From an uncultured Bacteroidales bacterium (GTDB lineage: Bacteria > Bacteroidota > Bacteroidia > Bacteroidales > UBA1402), in assembly GCA_964411555.1 (NCBI GenBank), contig CAYPLF010000001.1, forward strand, positions 52,593 through 116,592: a stretch of DNA of 64,000 nt, written 5' to 3'. The notes under the pieces are model-generated. The model saw nothing but the letters and a program-made list of their open reading frames with translations, was not told where the DNA came from and searched no databases. Below, one piece after another: positions 58,861 to 64,000 of the stretch (position 1 is the stretch's first letter; each line of letters begins with the position of its first letter). A program made the translations under genes and the position numbers.

Positions 58861-60231
58861 ATGGTACCTGTACAAACGATTAAAAAAGGATTGGACATCA
58901 AGCTGAAAGGAAAGGCAGCTTGGGAAACCACGACGGTAGGATGCATGGAAACATGGTCGATGGCCCCTGCTGATTACCACGGGTTGACACCCAAGGTGGT
59001 TGTCAAGGAAGGGGATGTCGTGTTGGCGGGTTCTCCCTTGATGGTGGACAAACAACAGTCCGATATCAAGTATGTCTCGGCTGTCAGTGGAACGGTTGCA
59101 GCTGTAGTCAGGGGCGAAAAACGCAGCTTGCTCAACATCCTGGTCAAACCAGACATGAAGACCCGTTTTCTGGAGTTCCCGCAAGTAAATCCACTCGAAT
59201 TATCCCCTGAAGCTGTAAGGGCAAGACTTTGTGAAGCTGGATTATGGCCATACATCAAACAACGCCCGTATGATGTCATTGCCAATCCTGAAAAAACGCC
59301 AAGAGCCATTTTTGTGAGTGGATTCGATACGGCACCGTTGGCACCCGATTATACCTATGTATTAAAAGGACAAGGGGTTGATTTACAAACAGGGTTGAAT
59401 GCCTTGACCCGGCTTACTCCCGGCCTTGTCTTCCTTAGTCTGCCGGAGTCGTGTGATTCAGCCGAATTGAAGGGAGTACAACGTGTGGAAACACGTTTGT
59501 TCAAAGGGCCTCATCCCGCCGGACTGGTAGGTGTGCAAATCAACCACATCGCTCCCATCAACAAGGGCGAGGTGGTATGGACCATCAATTTGCTCGACGT
59601 GCTGTTTATTGGCCGATTGTTCAACCAGGGAAAGGTTGACATGACACGTCAATTGGCCGTTACCGGACCTGAAGTTATTCGTCCTACCTATGTACGTTGC
59701 GTACCAGGAACTCCCATACAGTCTATTGTCGGTGGAAACGTATATAAGGAGATACCCTTGCGTTATGTGAACGGCAACGCCTTGTCTGGCAGTCGCGTGG
59801 ATGAAAACGGTTACTTGGGTGCGTATGCCACCCAGCTTACAGTTTTGCACGAGGGCACCGATATTCACGAACTGTTTGGCTGGGTTATGCCCAGGTTCAA
59901 TCTGTTCAGTGCCAGCCGCACCTATTTTTCCTGGCTCACCAAATTCCTGATTCCCAACAAAGCCTATGAACCTGACACCCGCATGCTGGGTGGCGAGCGG
60001 GCTCTAATCATGTCGGGTGAATACGACAAGGTGTTTCCCATGGATGTACTGCCCGAGCAGCTGGTCAGAGCCTGTTTGACCAACGATCTTGAGAAAATGG
60101 AACAACTTGGAATCTACGAGGTGGCTCCCGAAGACTTTGCCTTGTGTGAATATGTTTGTACCTCCAAAATAGAGGTACAACGGGTGATTCGTGAAGCCCT
60201 CGACTTATTGAAAAAAGAAAATGGAGATTAA
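58861..60231 (+). CDS. nqrA: Na+-translocating NADH:quinone oxidoreductase subunit A
   Basis: 456 aa. N-terminal KKGLDIKLKGKA. First gene of a six-gene nqr cluster. Confidence 0.9.
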   Translation: MVPVQTIKKGLDIKLKGKAAWETTTVGCMETWSMAPADYHGLTPKVVVKEGDVVLAGSPLMVDKQQSDIKYVSAVSGTVAAVVRGEKRSLLNILVKPDMKTRFLEFPQVNPLELSPEAVRARLCEAGLWPYIKQRPYDVIANPEKTPRAIFVSGFDTAPLAPDYTYVLKGQGVDLQTGLNALTRLTPGLVFLSLPESCDSAELKGVQRVETRLFKGPHPAGLVGVQINHIAPINKGEVVWTINLLDVLFIGRLFNQGKVDMTRQLAVTGPEVIRPTYVRCVPGTPIQSIVGGNVYKEIPLRYVNGNALSGSRVDENGYLGAYATQLTVLHEGTDIHELFGWVMPRFNLFSASRTYFSWLTKFLIPNKAYEPDTRMLGGERALIMSGEYDKVFPMDVLPEQLVRACLTNDLEKMEQLGIYEVAPEDFALCEYVCTSKIEVQRVIREALDLLKKENGD

Positions 60232-60249
60232 CCCTAAACCCGCAGCACG

Positions 60250-61485
60250 TTGAAAGCGTTACGAAATTTATTGGATAAACTGAAACCCACTTTTTCGGAA
60301 GGCGGCAGGTTATCGGCCCTGCATTCGGTCTATGAGGGTTTCGAATCATTCCTTTTTGTGTCCAACCACACATCGAAGTCGGGTTCACACATTCACGACA
60401 GCATTGACTCCAAGCGGGTCATGTTTTGGGTCATCCTCGCCCTTGTACCTGCTCTTTTGTTTGGTATGTTCAATACCGGTTACCAGCATTACATGGCCAT
60501 TGGCTTGATGGAACAAACCTCCTTCTGGCAGGTCTTTGGATGGGGCGCCCTGGCTGTTTTGCCCTACATTGTGGTGTCTTATGTAGTTGGTCTTGGTATT
60601 GAATTCATTGCCGCCCAAATCAAGAAGGAGGAAATACAGGAAGGATTTTTGGTGACCGGGATCCTGATTCCTCTTATTCTGCCTATCGGCATTCCTTTGT
60701 GGATGGTGGCCCTGGCCACGGCGTTCTCTGTCATTTTTGCCAAGGAAGTATTTGGCGGTACAGGATACAATGTCTTCAACGTAGCCTTGATTACCCGGGC
60801 GTTCCTCTTCTTTGCTTATCCTACCAAGATGTCGGGTGATAGCGTTTGGATCAGTTTGAACGAATACTTCGGCTTTGGTAAAGCTGTGCCGGCTGTGGAC
60901 GGTTTTTCCGGTGCCACGCCCTTGGGGCAGGCAGCCATTTCAACCGGAGACAGCTTGCAACTTGTCAGCCCCTTGGGTGATCCGCTTTCTTTATGGGACA
61001 TGTTCCTGGGTCTGATTCCAGGCTCCATCGGTGAAACTTCTACGCTTGCCATCTTGATCGGAGCCATATTTTTGATTGCTACCGGTGTGGCCAGTTGGAA
61101 AATTATGGTTTCCGTCTTTGCGGGAGGAGCAGCCACCATTCTTGTATTCAACGCTTTTGCCGTAAATGCCTATATGGCTGTGTCCGTGTGGGAGCAGCTT
61201 TGTTTAGGCGGTTTTGCATTTGGTGCGGTCTTCATGGCTACCGACCCGGTTACCTCATCCCGTACGGAAACAGGCAAGTGGATATATGGCGCATTAATTG
61301 GTGTACTGGCCATGATCTTGCGTGTGCTCAATCCGGCTTATCCGGAAGGCATGATGTTGGCCATCTTATTTATGAATATTTTTGCCAAGTTGATTGATTA
61401 CTACGTGGTACAACACAACATCAACAAACGGCTCAAACGTGCCACCCTTTCGTCCAACCCTTCCAAAACAACCACCCATGAATAA
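60250..61485 (+). CDS. nqrB: Na+-NQR subunit B
   Basis: 411 aa polytopic membrane protein. The N-terminus (M)KALRNLLDKLKP is typical. FMN-attachment context GFSGATPL. Starts at TTG 60250, with an in-frame TAA at 60235-60237. Confidence 0.9.
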   Translation: MKALRNLLDKLKPTFSEGGRLSALHSVYEGFESFLFVSNHTSKSGSHIHDSIDSKRVMFWVILALVPALLFGMFNTGYQHYMAIGLMEQTSFWQVFGWGALAVLPYIVVSYVVGLGIEFIAAQIKKEEIQEGFLVTGILIPLILPIGIPLWMVALATAFSVIFAKEVFGGTGYNVFNVALITRAFLFFAYPTKMSGDSVWISLNEYFGFGKAVPAVDGFSGATPLGQAAISTGDSLQLVSPLGDPLSLWDMFLGLIPGSIGETSTLAILIGAIFLIATGVASWKIMVSVFAGGAATILVFNAFAVNAYMAVSVWEQLCLGGFAFGAVFMATDPVTSSRTETGKWIYGALIGVLAMILRVLNPAYPEGMMLAILFMNIFAKLIDYYVVQHNINKRLKRATLSSNPSKTTTHE

Positions 61486-62176
61486 AAACAGCAATACCTA
61501 TACGTACATTTACGCTTCGGTCATGGTGGTGTTGGTTGCCGTTGGATTGGCGTTCACAAACGGGCTGTTGAAGGAGAAGCAAGCCAAGAACGCCGAATTG
61601 GACAAGATGATGCAAATCCTGCGTTCCGTCAAAGTGGAAGCTACTGCTGAAACGGCCGAAGACAGTTATGCTACCATCATCAAATCGGTTTACCTGGTGA
61701 ACAACAAGGGGGAAGTGATTGAGAAAGATGCGCGCACCGCATTTTTGGTCGACATGGCCAAAGAGGTGCTCAAACCAATTGACGAAAGACAATTGCCTGT
61801 TTATGAGTCATCTGTGGATGGTCAACTCAAATACATTTTACCCGTATATGGCGCTGGTTTATGGGGCCCTATTTGGGGGTATGTCTCATTGAATGATGAC
61901 AAAAAGACTGTATTTGCAGCTTCATTTTCTCATCAGGGAGAGACTCCCGGTTTGGGAGCTGAAATAAACACAAAGCCTTTTCAACAGCAGTTTGAAGGTA
62001 AATCGCTTTTCAGGGAATCCAGGTTTGTTTCCATTGCCGTGCTTAAAACCGGTCAAAAGGATGACAACCGTGACCAGGTGGATGCTATCTCTGGTGGTAC
62101 CATCACCAGTAAGGGGTTGGAGGCCATGTTACAAGACTGCTTGAGCCTTTACGAGTCCTTTTTGACCAAACAGTAA
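61478..62176 (+). CDS. nqrC: Na+-NQR subunit C
   Basis: Track ORF 61394..62176 trimmed to ATG 61478 (MNKNSNTYTYIYASVMVV). Overlaps nqrB by 8 nt. FMN-binding site SGGTITS. Confidence 0.85.
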   Translation: MNKNSNTYTYIYASVMVVLVAVGLAFTNGLLKEKQAKNAELDKMMQILRSVKVEATAETAEDSYATIIKSVYLVNNKGEVIEKDARTAFLVDMAKEVLKPIDERQLPVYESSVDGQLKYILPVYGAGLWGPIWGYVSLNDDKKTVFAASFSHQGETPGLGAEINTKPFQQQFEGKSLFRESRFVSIAVLKTGQKDDNRDQVDAISGGTITSKGLEAMLQDCLSLYESFLTKQ

Positions 62177-62189
62177 AAAATCAGTGCAT

Positions 62190-62807
62190 ATGAAATTCAA
62201 TAAAGAGGTATTGATTAAGCCGCTCAACAGAGCCAATCCCGTCACTGTGCTGGTGTTGGGTATATGCTCGGCACTGGCTGTCACAGCACAACTGAAACCG
62301 GCCATGGTTATGGGTATATCCGTGGTCATCGTCACTGGTTTTTCTAACTTGATTGTATCCCTGTTGAGAAACGGCATACCCAACCGCATTCGAATCATTG
62401 TCCAACTGGTTGTGGTAGCCGCTCTGGTTATCATTGTTGAACAAGTACTCAAAGCCTTTGCCTACGATATGTGGAAGTCATTGTCCGTTTTTCTGGGGTT
62501 GATCATCACCAATTGCATTTTGATGGGCCGTTTGGAAGCGTTTGCTCTTGGCAATAAGCCTTTTGACTCTTTCCTTGACGGTATCGGCAACGGTTTGGGT
62601 TACGCCATCGTTTTGTGCCTTGTGGCTTTCGTCCGTGAATTGTTTGGTTCAGGGACCTTGTTTGGTATCAAGGTGATTCCTCAAGCATTGTATGATGCAG
62701 GATATACCAACAATGGTTTGATGATTTTACCCCCCATGGCCTTGATTGTCGTAGCTTGCATCATTTGGATACAGCGGTCTATTCGAAAGGAATTACAGGA
62801 AAAATAA
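62190..62807 (+). CDS. nqrD: Na+-NQR subunit D
   Basis: Track ORF starts at GTG 62184. ATG 62190 ([12 protein letters not shown]...[17 protein letters not shown]) is preferred. Confidence 0.9.
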   Translation: MKFNKEVLIKPLNRANPVTVLVLGICSALAVTAQLKPAMVMGISVVIVTGFSNLIVSLLRNGIPNRIRIIVQLVVVAALVIIVEQVLKAFAYDMWKSLSVFLGLIITNCILMGRLEAFALGNKPFDSFLDGIGNGLGYAIVLCLVAFVRELFGSGTLFGIKVIPQALYDAGYTNNGLMILPPMALIVVACIIWIQRSIRKELQEK

Positions 62808-62829
62808 AAACCGCAAAATAGCATCAACT

Positions 62830-63444
62830 ATGGATTTGCTGAATCTGTTTATCAAGTCGGTTTTTATCGACAACATGATATTTGCCTACTTCCTGGGCAT
62901 GTGTTCGTACCTGGCTGTTTCCAAGACAGTCAAAACGTCCATGGGTCTGGGTATTGCCGTAACCTTTGTTTTGATTATCACGGTGCCGGTGAATTACCTA
63001 CTCCATACATACATTCTGAAAGAAGGAGCTATGTCTTGGATCAGTCCTCTACTTGGCAGTATGGACTTGAGTTTTTTAAGTTTTATTTTGTTTATTGCCA
63101 TCATTGCATCCATGGTGCAAATTGTTGAAATGGTCGTTGAAAAGTTTGCTCCAGCATTATATGCTTCATTGGGGATATTCCTACCCTTGATAGCGGTAAA
63201 CTGTGCAATATTGGGCGCTTCATTGTTTATGCAGCAACGAAACTTCAATTCAGTTGGTGAAGCTTCAGTATATGCCTTCGGTTCAGGTATTGGCTGGTTG
63301 TTGGCCATCCTGGGTATGGCTGCTATTAGAGAGCACATCAAGTATTCAAACGTACCAGCCCCTCTACGCGGACTGGGTATCACGTTTATCATAGCCGGAT
63401 TGATGGGATTGGCCTTTATGGGCTTTATGGGTATTAAACTATAA
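62830..63444 (+). CDS. nqrE: Na+-NQR subunit E
   Basis: 204 aa membrane protein. [14 protein letters not shown] and [10 protein letters not shown] motifs. Confidence 0.9.
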   Translation: MDLLNLFIKSVFIDNMIFAYFLGMCSYLAVSKTVKTSMGLGIAVTFVLIITVPVNYLLHTYILKEGAMSWISPLLGSMDLSFLSFILFIAIIASMVQIVEMVVEKFAPALYASLGIFLPLIAVNCAILGASLFMQQRNFNSVGEASVYAFGSGIGWLLAILGMAAIREHIKYSNVPAPLRGLGITFIIAGLMGLAFMGFMGIKL

Positions 63445-63454
63445 GACACAGACA

Positions 63455-64000
63455 ATGATTATATTAGCTGTTGACGTGCTCGTCATTCTTTCAGGATTGA
63501 TAATCTTTCTAACTGTCATGCTTGCCTTGGTCAGCCTTTTGCTGTACATTAAGAAGAAACTGACGCCTTCCGGTGATATCAAACTAATGATCAACGATGA
63601 AACAGAAGTGTTGGCTGAACCGGGTAGCACGTTGTTGTCGGCACTAGGCAACAATAAAATCTTTCTACCTTCAGCGTGTGGAGGGGGTGGAACCTGTGGC
63701 ATGTGCAAGTGTCAGGTTGTGGAAGGTGGCGGCACCATTTTACCTACGGAAACAGGATTTTTTACACGCAAGCAGGTTCAAGAGCATTGGCGCCTGGGAT
63801 GTCAGGTCAAACTGCGGGAAGACCTGAAAATAAAGATACCGGAAGAAATCCTGGGCATCAAGAAGTGGGAATGCGAAGTGGTATCGAATCACAACGTGGC
63901 CTCTTTCATAAAAGAATTTGTAGTAAAGTTACCGGAAGGAGAAACCCTCAACTTCAAATCGGGCAGTTACATCCAAATCGATGTGCCAACGATTGATGTT
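63455..64000 (+). CDS. nqrF: Na+-NQR subunit F, first 182 codons; gene runs off the window end
   Basis: Hand translation from ATG 63455 gives MIILAVDVLVILSGLIIFLTV...LPSACGGGGTCGMCKCQVVEGGG... (TM anchor plus 2Fe-2S ferredoxin domain). The frame is open to 64000. It is absent from the ORF track because there is no stop in the window. Confidence 0.9.
   Translation, partial: MIILAVDVLVILSGLIIFLTVMLALVSLLLYIKKKLTPSGDIKLMINDETEVLAEPGSTLLSALGNNKIFLPSACGGGGTCGMCKCQVVEGGGTILPTETGFFTRKQVQEHWRLGCQVKLREDLKIKIPEEILGIKKWECEVVSNHNVASFIKEFVVKLPEGETLNFKSGSYIQIDVPTIDV

Noticed and set aside
1-64000. Defence islands, toxin-antitoxin pairs, mobile elements, prophage remnants, CRISPR arrays, and tRNA/rRNA genes.
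   Set aside because: I looked for them across the window. Every ORF above about 80 aa on a plausible strand is accounted for by a housekeeping or conserved family. No non-coding gap has cloverleaf-like GC-rich structure or arrayed repeats.

Overview
This looks like a core-chromosome segment of a Bacteroidota (Bacteroidales-like) bacterium, about 95% coding by my start calls. I call 59 protein-coding genes, 2 of them cut by the window edges. By eye I found no rRNA, tRNA, CRISPR array, transposase, integrase or phage genes.

Gene content is housekeeping:
- LPS-core genes: DUF4254, GT9 heptosyltransferase, LPS kinase.
- Biosynthesis and translation: pdxB, purN, acpP-fabF-rnc, cysS, dapB, tandem lepB genes, nadA, folK, aroK, upp.
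- DNA replication and repair: ruvB, uvrC, polA, mutS, rdgB.
- RNA modification and related: ybeY-mnmG, dtd, deoC, ychF, queA-truB, miaB.
- Envelope and division: uppP, ftsX.
- Energy metabolism: pckA, an acetyl-CoA hydrolase/transferase family enzyme, and the Na+-NQR operon nqrA-F (nqrF truncated at the window end).

The taxon call rests on four things. There are 21 TAnnTTTG -7 promoter elements correctly placed upstream of operon-first genes. Start codons lack Shine-Dalgarno sequences. There is a beta-propeller protein with a T9SS C-terminal sorting domain. Several Bacteroidetes-typical DUF families are present.

I did not find convincing evidence for a novel multi-gene system (defence, secretion or mobile) in this window. 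The most interesting signals are:
1. A 450-nt gap (39492-39941), by far the largest in the window, packed with DnaA-box-like 9-mers next to a 12% GC tract. It is a candidate oriC not linked to dnaA.
2. A second signal-peptidase-I paralogue that has lost both catalytic dyad residues.
3. A perfect 18-bp palindrome immediately upstream of uvrC.
4. A shortened GH3-family gene with degenerate adenylation motifs but its own promoter.
5. All nine convergent gene junctions are 13 nt or shorter, or overlap.
6. TTG start codons are forced on polA, mutS and nqrB.

All protein family calls come from my own recognition of motifs in the translated ORFs. No database search was run.
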